Notes under the pieces: model-generated
The model's database searches: none
Seen by the model: the letters and a program-made list of their open reading frames with translations, nothing else
Told to the model about the DNA's origin: nothing
Shown here: positions 20,583-29,731 of the stretch, piece after piece
Position numbering within the stretch: position 1 is the stretch's first letter
How the letters are laid out: every line of letters begins with the position of its first letter
Program-made: the position numbers and the translations under genes
Origin: a bacterium
Lineage (GTDB): Bacteria > Patescibacteriota > Minisyncoccia > Phycocordibacterales > Phycocordibacteraceae
NCBI GenBank assembly: GCA_037200965.1
Contig: JBBCGK010000001.1
Location: 433,992 to 497,991, forward strand
DNA length: 64,000 nucleotides
Reading direction: 5' to 3'

Positions 20583-20777
20583 GTGGAGAGTCGGCCTAAA
20601 GGCCGATATGCTCATATGAAGCCAGGAGTTACGCCTCAGATGAAGGAAACAACCAGGACTGCTAAGGAGCGGCGCGAGCGGTCAAGAATTGCCATGTTGA
20701 TTGTCGGCATTCCTGTTATTTCGATCGTTCTGGCACTGATCGGGTTAGGGGTTCTTCTCTTGCATGGGCCCTTTTGA
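20583..20777 (+). CDS. Hypothetical small membrane protein (uncertain)
   Basis: 64-aa ORF with a basic N-terminus and one TM segment (IAMLIVGIPVISIVLALIGLGVLLL). An alternative start is at 20616 (MKPGV). Confidence 0.3.
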   Translation: MESRPKGRYAHMKPGVTPQMKETTRTAKERRERSRIAMLIVGIPVISIVLALIGLGVLLLHGPF

Positions 20778-20853
20778 CGGACTGATGTGTTGGGAGTGCG
20801 AAGCGAGCAATCGCTTCCCTCCCTGCCCATCGGTTTTTGTTTTTATAGACTAA

Positions 20854-20891
20854 AAACAAACACGCCGCGCTTCTGCGCGGCGTGTTTGTTT
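20854..20891. terminator. Rho-independent terminator hairpin (bidirectional form)
   Basis: AAACAAACACGCCGCGC-TTCT-GCGCGGCGTGTTTGTTT, flanked by A/T runs on both sides and just downstream of the minus-strand gene ending at 20908. Confidence 0.75.
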
Positions 20892-20907
20892 TAAAACCCG
20901 AGAAACC

Positions 20908-21588
20908 TTATCCGACCTGCTCGCGAACCTTGTCGATGTAGCGGGCAGCCGCTGCCTGGCCGCCAAGGCCGAAGGCAAGGCCCACCGCCAGGGAAACCGC
21001 GATGACGACGCCCGTGAAGAGGGTCTGCACGAAGGCGGTCGCGACCTGAAGCTGCGCGAGCGCCGCGAGGATCGCGAAGATCCAGATCGCCCATCTTGCG
21101 ACGGAGCCGAGGAAGTTCGCCGACGGCATGTTCGCCGCGCGCGCTGCGCCCGCGACGAGGTTCTGCACCACGTCCGCGATCACCGCTGCGACGAGAAGGA
21201 TAAGGACGGCCACGATAACCTGCGGGAGATACCCGAGCACTACTTCGCGAAGGAAGATCGTCACGTCGGAGAGCCCGAGTACGTCGAGGGACGCGATGAG
21301 GAACACGACGATGAAGAACCACTTGACCAGGGCGCCAAGGAACGCGCCGGAGTTAAGGGTGAATCCTGCGCGGGTGAGGACGCGCTCTACGCCCGCCGAA
21401 CGGAGCGCCTGATCGACGCGGATCGAGTTAATGATCTGCGCGACCACGCGGCCGACGCCTGCGCCGATAAGCCAACCGATGACGAAGATGATGATCGCGA
21501 CGACGAGCGTCGGGATGAACTGCACGAGGCCGTAGAAGAGACCCAAAAACGACTGGCTGAGCACGTCTGACCAAGTAGTGAGAAACAT
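20908..21588 (-). CDS. Conserved TM-helix-repeat membrane protein (mechanosensitive-channel-associated type)
   Basis: 226 aa made of repeated hydrophobic helices with short linkers. It resembles 'conserved TM helix repeat' proteins, but the assignment is tentative. Confidence 0.6.
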   Translation of the reverse strand: MFLTTWSDVLSQSFLGLFYGLVQFIPTLVVAIIIFVIGWLIGAGVGRVVAQIINSIRVDQALRSAGVERVLTRAGFTLNSGAFLGALVKWFFIVVFLIASLDVLGLSDVTIFLREVVLGYLPQVIVAVLILLVAAVIADVVQNLVAGAARAANMPSANFLGSVARWAIWIFAILAALAQLQVATAFVQTLFTGVVIAVSLAVGLAFGLGGQAAAARYIDKVREQVG

Positions 21589-21735
21589 AGTGTGGGTAGT
21601 TTTTATAATTGTCCCTCGAGGCTGCCTCTCTTGGAACGGTTATCCGGTAAAGCCGGCCCGGGTCTCCCCGTGTGGCCTGCTGTCTATAAGTGTAGCAGGG
21701 ATGGGCAAAAACAGCCTTTCGGGTGTGGATAGTTT

Positions 21736-22347
21736 TTAGGAAGGTTTGAGCCCTATTTTATCGAAAATGGCCCGGTGCGGATAGTCGAGAACGTTCCGTA
21801 TGAGGCGGTCGTAGACGCCCAGACGGTAGCGGAAGTCTTCCGTGGAGAACGAGGCGTAGCGTATCTCGCGCCCGAGCTCGGCTTCGATGCCGTGAACCGC
21901 TGCCTTAAGCGCCCGCTCGACAAGCTTGTCGCCTACGATAAGCAAGTCGATCTCGGATTCGGCGACGCCCGTGAAGAGCCCTGAAGTAACGACAAGGCGA
22001 AGAGTTCCTCCTTTTCTAAGTGCGGCCAGAACTTCGGCATTCTCCACGTTCGTCGTCGTGCGCACGAAGTCGGCAAGCGCGTCGTAATACGGGAAACGCT
22101 TCTCGGCGGCATACCCGCTTCCCCGCTTCTTGATAACGCCCGCGGCGGCAAGGGTGCTTATCTCCTTGCGCGCCGCGGCTTTTGAAAGCTTCGTCCGGAA
22201 TGCCGCGTCGGAAACGGAGAACGCGGATGCGGGGTTGAAAATGAAAAGACGAAGGAGCTTGAGGCGGGCGTTCGAGCCGAAGAGTTTCGCGAGCGGATCC
22301 ATATTCGATTCCGCGCATTCTACCGCGCTTCGAAGTCCCGTGTCCAA
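21736..22347 (-). CDS. Hypothetical protein with an N-terminal winged-helix-like domain
   Basis: ARLKLLRLFIFNP...ISTLAAAGVIKKRG resembles a wHTH. The start is probably at MDPLAKL (22302). No further assignment. Confidence 0.55.
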   Translation of the reverse strand: MDTGLRSAVECAESNMDPLAKLFGSNARLKLLRLFIFNPASAFSVSDAAFRTKLSKAAARKEISTLAAAGVIKKRGSGYAAEKRFPYYDALADFVRTTTNVENAEVLAALRKGGTLRLVVTSGLFTGVAESEIDLLIVGDKLVERALKAAVHGIEAELGREIRYASFSTEDFRYRLGVYDRLIRNVLDYPHRAIFDKIGLKPS

Positions 22348-22356
22348 GCCTTGACG

Positions 22357-22399
22357 AAAACAACAAAAAACGCCCTGTGGGGGCGTTTTTTGTTGTTTT
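22357..22399 (-). terminator. Rho-independent terminator downstream of rplL
   Basis: AAAACAACAAAAAACGCCC-loop-GGGCGTTTTTTGTTGTTTT forms a long perfect stem with a T-run, 10 nt beyond the rplL stop. Confidence 0.8.
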
Positions 22400-22409
22400 C
22401 GCTTTCGGA

Positions 22410-22883
22410 TTATTTGAGCGTAACCTTCGCTCCTGCCTCCTCGAGCTTCTTCTTGAGTTCATCGGCTTCCTCCTTCTTCATGTCGGCCTTCACGACCGAC
22501 GGAGCCGCGTCGACGAGATCCTTCGCCTCCTTGAGACCAAGGCCGAGCGCCTCCTTCACCACCTTGATGACGGCGATCTTCGATGCGCCGGAGTCGGTAA
22601 GTTCGACGGTTGCGGTCGACTTCCCTTCCTCGGCGGGACCCGCGGCTGCGGGACCCGCGACCGCGACTGCCGCAGCCGAGACGCCGAACTTCTTCTCGAG
22701 CACCTTCACGAGTTCTGAGAGCTCAAGAACAGTCATGTTCTCAACTTCCTCGACAAGCTTCTTGAACTTTGCCGGTACCTCCACCTTCTCCTCTTCTTTC
22801 GGGGCTGCCGCAGGAGCCGGAGCCGCCTCCGGCGCAGCTGCCTCGGGGGCCGCCGCTTCCTCTACCTTCTTTTCTTCGTCCAT
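22410..22883 (-). CDS. rplL: 50S ribosomal protein L7/L12
   Basis: Ala/Pro-rich hinge and C-terminal domain [24 protein letters not shown]...[10 protein letters not shown]. Confidence 0.92.
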   Translation of the reverse strand: MDEEKKVEEAAAPEAAAPEAAPAPAAAPKEEEKVEVPAKFKKLVEEVENMTVLELSELVKVLEKKFGVSAAAVAVAGPAAAGPAEEGKSTATVELTDSGASKIAVIKVVKEALGLGLKEAKDLVDAAPSVVKADMKKEEADELKKKLEEAGAKVTLK

Positions 22884-22908
22884 AGTAATGAGTTAAATGG
22901 GAATAAAG

Positions 22909-23403
22909 TTATGCCGCTTTCTTTTCCGCGATCTTGTTGAGCGCGACCACGAATCCCTGGATAGGGCTATTGATCACGTTCACGAACATGCCGCGAAGCA
23001 CCGGTACCGGCGGGATGGTGGCGATGGCCGTCATCTGGCCCGCATCCGCGAATGCGTTCTCGAACACGCCGCCGACAATCGCGAGCGCTTCCTTGAGCTT
23101 CTTCGCGTGCTCGTAGATCGAGCGGGCGGGAAGCGTCGCGTCTCCCTTGCCCCAGGCGATCGCGATTTCTCCGGCAAGCTCCGGAACGTCTCCGGTATAG
23201 CCTCGCTCGGCGAGCGCGCGACGGATAAGCGTCTTCTTCGCGACATAGAACCCGACGCCCTCGGCGCGAAGCGCCTTGCGCATTTTGGTCGTGTCCGCGA
23301 CCGAAAGCTTGTGGAAGCGCACGAATACGACCGAAGCCGCTTCGCCAAGCGCGCCCTTGAGCTTTTCAACGATGTCTACTTTCTTTTGTTTGGTGATTGC
23401 CAT
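22909..23403 (-). CDS. rplJ: 50S ribosomal protein L10
   Basis: MAITKQKKVDIVEKLKGAL...VFVRFHKLSVADTTKMRKALR. The start is set at ATG 23403, since the upstream extension in the track ORF is implausible. It forms an operon with rplL. Confidence 0.88.
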   Translation of the reverse strand: MAITKQKKVDIVEKLKGALGEAASVVFVRFHKLSVADTTKMRKALRAEGVGFYVAKKTLIRRALAERGYTGDVPELAGEIAIAWGKGDATLPARSIYEHAKKLKEALAIVGGVFENAFADAGQMTAIATIPPVPVLRGMFVNVINSPIQGFVVALNKIAEKKAA

Positions 23404-23600
23404 GTGATTTGTTAGTACGAAACGACACTGGTCCCGGAAGCTTTCGCTTCCGGGACCGAAGGAGGGCTCGACCTCTTTCACCCCGCATGAGGGGATCAAG
23501 ATGTGCCTCGGCAGGGTTTACGGCCTTTCGGGCCACCTGCTGTCTTCGGTCCGTACCCGGCCACCATACTAAATGGTGGCCGATAAGGCAAGCGCCGCTT
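23404..23600 (-). promoter_or_regulatory. Structured 5' leader of rplJ (possible L10 autoregulatory leader)
   Basis: About 200 nt of untranslated sequence containing strong hairpins (GGTCCCGGAAGC-TTTC-GCTTCCGGGACC; GGCCACCAT..ATGGTGGCC). L10 leaders are known in many bacteria, but homology was not verified. Confidence 0.3.
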
Positions 23601-23681
23601 CATGAAGGTTCTTCATGAAATCTTCGTAATCCGTAGGTTCTACTGATTGCGTTCCCCTTAGAAACCGTTACCCTCTACACT

Positions 23682-24359
23682 ATGCGCATCCTTATCGTGG
23701 AAGACGAGCCGCAGCTCGCCGAAAACCTCAAGAAGGGCCTTGAAATGAAGGGGTTCGCCGTCGACTGGGTCGCCGAGAGCGAGAAGGCGCGGACCCGGAT
23801 CATGCTCTATAAGAACGAGTACGACCTCATACTCCTTGACCTCATGCTTCCGGGCCTCGGAGGCGACGCCATCTGCCGGGAAGCCAGGGAAGCGGGGGTG
23901 AAGACGCCGATCATTATCCTCACCGCCAAGGCCGAAGCCGAAGAGAAGGTGTCGCTCCTCAACTCGGGAGCGGACGACTACGTCGTAAAGCCGTTCTCGT
24001 TCGACGAGCTTGTCGCCCGCATAAACGCCGTGCTGCGGCGCCCCGAAAGCGCGCTTCCCGCCGCGCTTACCGTCCGCGATATCATTCTTGACCCGGCAAC
24101 GAGACAAGTCACCAAAGCCGGCGAGAAAATCGCGCTTACACTCAAGGAATACTCTCTCCTCGAATACTTCATGCGCCGGCCGGGCGAAGCGCTTACCCGG
24201 GAAGACGTGCTCGATCATGTCTGGAATTTCGACTTCTCCGGGTTCAGTAACGTGCTTGACGTGCATATGAAGAATCTCCGCAAGAAGCTCGACGATTACG
24301 CGGGCGGCACTCCCCTCTTCGAGACGGTGCGGGGCGTAGGGTACCGCCTGAATCCGTAA
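23682..24359 (+). CDS. OmpR/PhoB-family response regulator
   Basis: Receiver domain (MRILIVEDE..., DLILLDLMLPG, KPF) plus a winged-helix output domain (LTLKEYSLLEYFMRRPGEALTRE...VRGVGYRL). Confidence 0.9.
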   Translation: MRILIVEDEPQLAENLKKGLEMKGFAVDWVAESEKARTRIMLYKNEYDLILLDLMLPGLGGDAICREAREAGVKTPIIILTAKAEAEEKVSLLNSGADDYVVKPFSFDELVARINAVLRRPESALPAALTVRDIILDPATRQVTKAGEKIALTLKEYSLLEYFMRRPGEALTREDVLDHVWNFDFSGFSNVLDVHMKNLRKKLDDYAGGTPLFETVRGVGYRLNP

Positions 24360-24360
24360 C

Positions 24361-24528
24361 ATGGCCGATATCCCCCACGACATCCGCAGTTCCCTCGCGA
24401 TCATCAAGAGCGGTACCGAACTCGCGCTCATGAATCCCGGGCTTGATCCTGAGTCGAAAAAGATATTCGATTCCACGCTTCGCGAAATCGACCGCATACA
24501 CGAACTTCTGAAACAGCTTCCGAAATAA
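24361..24528 (+). pseudogene. 55-aa HisKA-like remnant of a sensor histidine kinase
   Basis: ATG at 24361, 1 nt after the regulator stop. MADIPHDIRSSLAIIKSGTELAL...REIDRIHELLKQL matches the H-box/dimerisation helix pattern (xSHELRTPLxxI...). A stop follows, and there are no sensor or ATPase domains. Confidence 0.55.
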
Positions 24529-24541
24529 AATCCGGGTAAAT

Positions 24542-24569
24542 CAAAACCGCCCCGTACGGGGCGGTTTTG
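24542..24569. terminator. Bidirectional rho-independent terminator
   Basis: CAAAACCGCCCC-GTAC-GGGGCGGTTTTG between convergent genes. Confidence 0.8.
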
Positions 24570-24586
24570 ATTTCTAGCGTGAGAAT

Positions 24587-26143
24587 TTACTTAATCCACG
24601 CACGGGTCTTCGGACCGAAGTAGCCAGCAGCAGGCGTGATGCCGACCGATGCCTGGTACTTTGCGAGCGCGGCCTGGGTAAGGGCCCCGAAGAGGTCGGT
24701 TTCCATACCAGCCGACCCTGGTCCCGTCGCGGCGACCATGAAGCCATGTGCGTTGAGCCACATCTGGAGAGCCTTCACGTCGGCTCCGCTTGAACCGATG
24801 GTGAGGTCGCGGGTGAAGGAAGCCGAAACTCCTCCCATCGCGTTTGCCTGCGCCATAAGTGCTGCGAGCTGCGCGTTGAGGGCTGCAAGCTGCGCTTCTA
24901 CGCTCGTCGAGGTGGTAGTCGTGGTGGTGGTAGAACCGGAAGTGCTCGAGCTCGAAGAAGACGAGCCGCCGGAGCTGTGGTGATGGCTTCCGCCACCGCC
25001 ACCGTTTGTGCTTCCCGCGCCCGCTCCCACTTCAACGTCGGTGCTGTAAGTGAAGGCGGTTCCTGCGACAGCGGCCGTACAGGTAACCATGACATCGTCT
25101 TCGGTACAGGTGACATCCGTATTCGAAGCAAGCTGCCCGTTCAGTGCTTCAACGACCTGCTGGGCAGTAACATCGGTTCCGGAGCTGTAACTATAATCAG
25201 TATCGTTGATCGTTACCGTGTACTTCGCGCGAATGACGCTTCCCGGAGTAAAGGTAACTACCTGTGCGGTCGTGCCGTAGTTAGAATCGCCAAGGACGAT
25301 TGACCCGTTCGCTCCGTTCGCCCGCGTGAAGGTCAGGTTGGCCGCGCTCGGGTTCGTTACAACGTATGCGCCCGTCGAGCCGTAGCTGGTACCGCCGGTG
25401 TACGTAGCAGCAGCGAGAGCCGCAGCAACTTGATTCGCGGTGAGCACGGACGTGCCGAGGTTGATGACGACACCGTCAACCGTCACCGAATGGTCGCCAG
25501 CGTTTGCCGGGAGACCAGCGGGAATGACGACGGTCGTCGTTGCCGGGATGGCGTTTGCGCCCCCGGCAAGCGCGGTGAGCGTAAATCCTGCGTTCGTCAC
25601 GCCTTCGGCCCAATAGCCAGAGTTGACGGCAATATTTCCTGCTGCGCCAGCCGTGTCGTTTGTCAGGACCAGGATTCCCCCGCCGCTGTTAGAGGACGTA
25701 ATGGTGAGTGCGGAGGTGACTCCATTGATTGCCGTGTTGATAAGTGCGGCAACGCTTGCGGCGTCGGTCGCGGCGCTAACTGCGATCTCGATGCCTCCTG
25801 CTACGCCGTTGGCATCTTTACAAGCCTGGGCCGTACCCGCATCGCTTGAAAGCGAGTTATCCACGTCGAAGTAGAAACAGACCGCGGTCGCGGCGACTCC
25901 GGTGTGCGAGAGGATGAAGTAATCGTTGTTCGCGAGGTTCGCTTTCGCGACGGCCGTCAGGGTTGACGTTGCCGCGATTGCTACGGTACCGCCGGTAAGG
26001 GCGATAGCCGGGATCGAAGCGGTCTCGGTATTGGCCACAGTTTCCTGTGCGGTCAGGGTCGGCGTGACCGCTGCAAGCCCGACCGAAGGAAGGACAAGAA
26101 GCGCGAGCGCCAGGACCGGGGTTAATAGGGCAAGCTTTTTCAT
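24587..26143 (-). CDS. Secreted surface protein with a C-terminal peptidoglycan-binding domain
   Basis: Signal peptide MKKLALLTPVLALALLVLPSVGLAA (start set at 26143), a Thr/Ala/Gly-rich beta region, a Ser/Thr/Gly/His linker, the coiled segment AQLAALNAQLAALMAQ, and a PG_binding_1-like FTRDLTIGSSGADVKALQMWLNAHGF...GYFGPKTRAWI. Confidence 0.75.
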   Translation of the reverse strand: MKKLALLTPVLALALLVLPSVGLAAVTPTLTAQETVANTETASIPAIALTGGTVAIAATSTLTAVAKANLANNDYFILSHTGVAATAVCFYFDVDNSLSSDAGTAQACKDANGVAGGIEIAVSAATDAASVAALINTAINGVTSALTITSSNSGGGILVLTNDTAGAAGNIAVNSGYWAEGVTNAGFTLTALAGGANAIPATTTVVIPAGLPANAGDHSVTVDGVVINLGTSVLTANQVAAALAAATYTGGTSYGSTGAYVVTNPSAANLTFTRANGANGSIVLGDSNYGTTAQVVTFTPGSVIRAKYTVTINDTDYSYSSGTDVTAQQVVEALNGQLASNTDVTCTEDDVMVTCTAAVAGTAFTYSTDVEVGAGAGSTNGGGGGSHHHSSGGSSSSSSSTSGSTTTTTTTSTSVEAQLAALNAQLAALMAQANAMGGVSASFTRDLTIGSSGADVKALQMWLNAHGFMVAATGPGSAGMETDLFGALTQAALAKYQASVGITPAAGYFGPKTRAWIK

Positions 26144-26242
26144 CGTTAAATTAAAGTTGAGACTAATAAATACTTCTTCAGTATACCTACGCACTCCGCA
26201 TGAAGATAAGTTATCCCCCATTGGTTCTTCCCTCCCTCAAAC

Positions 26243-26272
26243 GCAAAACCCCCGCTTTCGCGGGGGTTTTGC
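26243..26272 (-). terminator. Rho-independent terminator downstream of the 26326-28302 gene
   Basis: GCAAAACCCCCGC-TTTC-GCGGGGGTTTTGC. Confidence 0.7.
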
Positions 26273-26325
26273 TGCCTGACAACTCGTCTGGCTAACGTGT
26301 TCCGGAACGAATCCCGGAAAGCTCG

Positions 26326-28302
26326 TTAGTCAGCCGTGATGTACACAGCGTCGGTCTCGTAGTCCGCATTGTCGAGGTCGACATTGAACTTCGAGAGCGG
26401 CGTGAGGTCATTCTCTACAGAGTAGTTGACCTCAGCGAGCTGGATCGCGTACTGACCGGTGCCGGTCAAGGTGAGCGGATCAAGAGTGACGGTGAGCGTG
26501 AACGTTTCCGTCGCGCCTGCGTCAACCTTGAAGTTTCCGTTCTTCGTGTGCGCCGTCGAAGAAAGCGTTGCCGTCTTCGAGTCGAACGCGACCGAGGTGG
26601 TTGCACCGTTCTTGATGATGTCGTAGACCGCACCGGCAGTGTCGTTGCCAAGCGTCGAGCTTGCAGCCGTCTTACCGATGAAGATCGGATCATCCTCGTC
26701 AGCCGTCACATCGAACTTGATGATGAAGGTACCGTACGCATCGGAGTTGTCGGTCGAAGCCGTTACCGATTGCGAGGTGCTCTTCGGCGCGACATCGAAG
26801 CCGGTCTCCGAGACCATGTGGTCTTCAGAGGTTGCCGAGCCGGAGATGTCGGTCGATTCGACTTCGTCACCGCTTTCGACGCCCTCAGCCTCTACGCTCG
26901 AGTGATCGATCGCGAAGGTGATGGTGTTCGGAAGGTCGGAAGCGTATCCGCTGTCCGAAGCGAACTCGACGGAGAGGGTGAAGGTCTTGGTGCTGTCACC
27001 GTCAACCTGCGCCTCAATGTCGTCAAAGTCGATGGTTCCGTCATCGTTGATGTCGCCATCGTACTCATCATCGCCGTCGGAGACGGTCGCCTTCCGGATG
27101 ATATCCGATACATCGGCGGTGTTGAAGAGATCAGAGCTCGTCGCGACCGTGATGGTGAAGTCGGTGATGAGCGTATCCGCGTTGTCCTTGTTGCGGACAT
27201 CCCATGCGAATACGTCATATGCGTCCGAGGACTGGTCGTTCTCGACCTTAAGGGTCGTGGCATCCGGATTCTCGTCGCTTTCGCGGATCGAGAGGTCACC
27301 GTTCTCCTCGGCCTGGAAGTCGAAGCCAACCTTGTCGCTCGTCTTACCCGTGTACTGCTGGATGCCAGCGGCATCGATTGCGCGGATACCCTGGTCGGTC
27401 TCTACGGAGAGATCGAAGGATCCGTCATCGACATCGTCGTCGTCCATGTTGTCCGCGATGTCCGCTGCGAAGGTGAGCTCGGCAGTGCTGCCGTCCCTCA
27501 CCATGTAATCGAAGCCGGAAACCGAGATAGTGTAGACGCCGTCATCCTGGTCATCCCAATCGGCACGGCTGTCGGCATTGACATCGGCAAGCTTCTTGCC
27601 GTTGCCCCATACCGAGATCGTGTCGAAGTAGTCCCAAGGGCGCTCGCTTGCGGAACCCGAACCGGTGAATTCCACCGTGAGTTCTGCGCGCTGCACGTTC
27701 ACGTCACCGCCGTCAACGTCGAACTTCGCCGTTGCAAGCTTGACGTCCTGCTCGCCTTCCGCGCCGTCTCCGTCCTCCGAGCGGAGGTCGAAGTCAGTGA
27801 GGTCCGCCTCGCCGCCCTTAAGGGTCGTCGTGGTGGTCGTGGTCGAGCCGCCAGTCGTGGTGGTCGTGGTGGTCGTAGCGGACATCGAAGCGACCTTGGC
27901 GCGAGTGATCGGACCGAAGTAGCCTGCTGCCGGGCTTACGCCGTTTGCAGCCTGCCATGCGGCGAGAGCCGCCTTGGTCTGAGCACCGAAGTAGCCGGTT
28001 GCGCCAGCTGGGATCGCGAAGCCTTTCGCGATGAGCCAGGTCTGGAGCGCGGTTACGTCTGCGCCGGTCGAACCGATGGTGAGGTCACGAGTGAACGTGG
28101 TGCTCGTCGTGGTGGTCGTAGAGCCGTTCACCTGCGCCTGAAGCGCTGCGATGGTCTGCATGAGCGTCGCGATCTGCGCCTGGAGATCCGCCTGGCTCTG
28201 TGCGTGTGCCGGAGCAACTGCCGCAACAAAGGAAAGCGAAGCCGCCATAGCGAGACCGGCCGCAACTGCAGCGATCTTGGAGATCGAAGTTGCTTTAGTC
28301 AT
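26326..28302 (-). CDS. Secreted acidic surface protein with an N-terminal peptidoglycan-binding domain
   Basis: Signal peptide ...AVAPAHAQ, the coiled segment QADLQAQIATLMQTIAALQAQ, poly-Thr linkers, the PG-binding motif FTRDLTIGSTGADVTALQTWLIAKGF...GYFGPITRAKV, then about 480 aa of Asp/Thr-rich beta repeats. Confidence 0.75.
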   Translation of the reverse strand: MTKATSISKIAAVAAGLAMAASLSFVAAVAPAHAQSQADLQAQIATLMQTIAALQAQVNGSTTTTTSTTFTRDLTIGSTGADVTALQTWLIAKGFAIPAGATGYFGAQTKAALAAWQAANGVSPAAGYFGPITRAKVASMSATTTTTTTTGGSTTTTTTTLKGGEADLTDFDLRSEDGDGAEGEQDVKLATAKFDVDGGDVNVQRAELTVEFTGSGSASERPWDYFDTISVWGNGKKLADVNADSRADWDDQDDGVYTISVSGFDYMVRDGSTAELTFAADIADNMDDDDVDDGSFDLSVETDQGIRAIDAAGIQQYTGKTSDKVGFDFQAEENGDLSIRESDENPDATTLKVENDQSSDAYDVFAWDVRNKDNADTLITDFTITVATSSDLFNTADVSDIIRKATVSDGDDEYDGDINDDGTIDFDDIEAQVDGDSTKTFTLSVEFASDSGYASDLPNTITFAIDHSSVEAEGVESGDEVESTDISGSATSEDHMVSETGFDVAPKSTSQSVTASTDNSDAYGTFIIKFDVTADEDDPIFIGKTAASSTLGNDTAGAVYDIIKNGATTSVAFDSKTATLSSTAHTKNGNFKVDAGATETFTLTVTLDPLTLTGTGQYAIQLAEVNYSVENDLTPLSKFNVDLDNADYETDAVYITAD

Positions 28303-28840
28303 AACTTGGTGTGCTTGTTTAATTTGGAACGCATGCGTCCGCGGCGTAACTGATAAGGTGCCGCGGCGCGCATGCGCGTTTTAAGTAATGTGAGTTCGCA
28401 CAAGAACTTCGCACTTTCAAACTACCCCGCGAAACGCGGTATCGACCTGCGCTCCCCGGGTTAGTTGGCAAGGTTTGGCGGAATTCGGCGGTTCTTTCGT
28501 AGAGGTAAAGCGGTCGTTCGGTACTCCGTTTTAGCAAACGGGCAAACACGCGGATGCTCCCGCGATTTTCTATGTACGCGCTTTCACGCGTTATTTCATT
28601 TTCAAAGTCCGGTCACTTCTGCCTGCTGCCCCGTATACAGTGACTGGATCAAAGTATACGGGATAGCCGCGGCGTTCTATACCGCAAGAAGCCTGTATGA
28701 ATGTGGATAACCGACTCCGCCTGGAAAACACAAAGAGGCCGTTTCCGGCCGCAGTCGTGATTACCGGTAGGTCGTCACCACATATAGAAGATACCTCCTG
28801 CGGCGGCCTAAGTCAATCTACCTCTAACTACCCAAAGAAA

Positions 28841-29626
28841 TTATGAAGGCTGCCCGGCAAGGCGATATGAGGTCCACCTGCGTTCCCCCGCTTTAATCAC
28901 AACTCCTTCATCGACAAGGGCCTGGAGCTCCCGCTGGATAGTCTTCTCGCTTACGTCTCGTATTACCATCGAAACATCCTTTATATAGAGGGGGCCTTTC
29001 CCGCGCAGTACGGCAAGTACGGCATCGCGGCGTCCTGATTTGCGCGGTTTGTCCGATATTTGTCCTATATGTCCTATATGCTCCGGGCGGTTCGCCGGTG
29101 TCCCCGGACGCGATTGCGGAATGGGTTTTACAAGCGTCTGAATGTTTCTTTGCGTCAGGATCTTGGCGAGTTCGGCAAGGGTCGGCGTGTTCTCAAGCAT
29201 GACGCGCGGCTCCTCATAGGCAGCAACTTCCTGGAGAAGTTCCCGGGCCTCATGCGCGATTAGGTCGGCATTCATGGAAGAGAGGAGGCCTCCGGTACGG
29301 GCGATCGCCAAAACACTTGAGAGCGCAAGAAGCTCGCGGGAAAGAGCCTCGCGCGCTTCTCGCGGTGCGAGTATCGCGCCGTCTATGAGGCCGACGGCGA
29401 CCGCGTCGATCTTGTCTCTTAGAGAGGGCGCGCGGGAAAATGCCGGACTTACTAAATGCACGGCTTTCGCGAGGCGCTCCGCTTTCTTGTAAATGAATAC
29501 GCGACGTATGTCCTTATCGAATATGTTGGAGAATATGCTCTTCTCTAGGACAAAGTCAGACAAGTCGGGGTTATAAGGACGCTGTGCGCTTGACTGGATT
29601 TCTGGATGTTGTCCTTTTTCCGCCAT
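28841..29626 (-). CDS. Hypothetical protein with a C-terminal winged-helix DNA-binding domain
   Basis: 261 aa. The C-terminus LYIKDVSMVIRDVSEKTIQRELQALVDEGVVIKAGERRWTSYRL is wHTH-like. Confidence 0.6.
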   Translation of the reverse strand: MAEKGQHPEIQSSAQRPYNPDLSDFVLEKSIFSNIFDKDIRRVFIYKKAERLAKAVHLVSPAFSRAPSLRDKIDAVAVGLIDGAILAPREAREALSRELLALSSVLAIARTGGLLSSMNADLIAHEARELLQEVAAYEEPRVMLENTPTLAELAKILTQRNIQTLVKPIPQSRPGTPANRPEHIGHIGQISDKPRKSGRRDAVLAVLRGKGPLYIKDVSMVIRDVSEKTIQRELQALVDEGVVIKAGERRWTSYRLAGQPS

Positions 29627-29731
29627 AAAGTCTTTTATGTAGTTCGTCCTTGAGAAGGAGTATATGTCTTATATACCGCTCGCGCAAATGTGTATAACAC
29701 CGCCAGAAAACCTAAGTGGTACAATGCTTAA

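Noticed and set aside
23658-24497. 279-aa minus-strand ORF
   Set aside because: It is antisense to the OmpR-type response regulator, which has unambiguous receiver and wHTH motifs.
26548-28353. 601-aa plus-strand ORF
   Set aside because: It is antisense to the signal-peptide-bearing surface protein gene, and its Arg/Gly/Val-rich sequence has no domain logic.
28303-28840. The roughly 540-bp non-coding gap as a possible ncRNA gene (SRP RNA, RNase P, tmRNA, tRNA)
   Set aside because: I scanned by eye for T-loop (GGTTCGAA), SRP (GGAAGCAGCC) and RNase P (AGGAAAGTCCGGGC) signatures on both strands and found none. It is most likely the promoter and 5' UTR of the surface protein gene.
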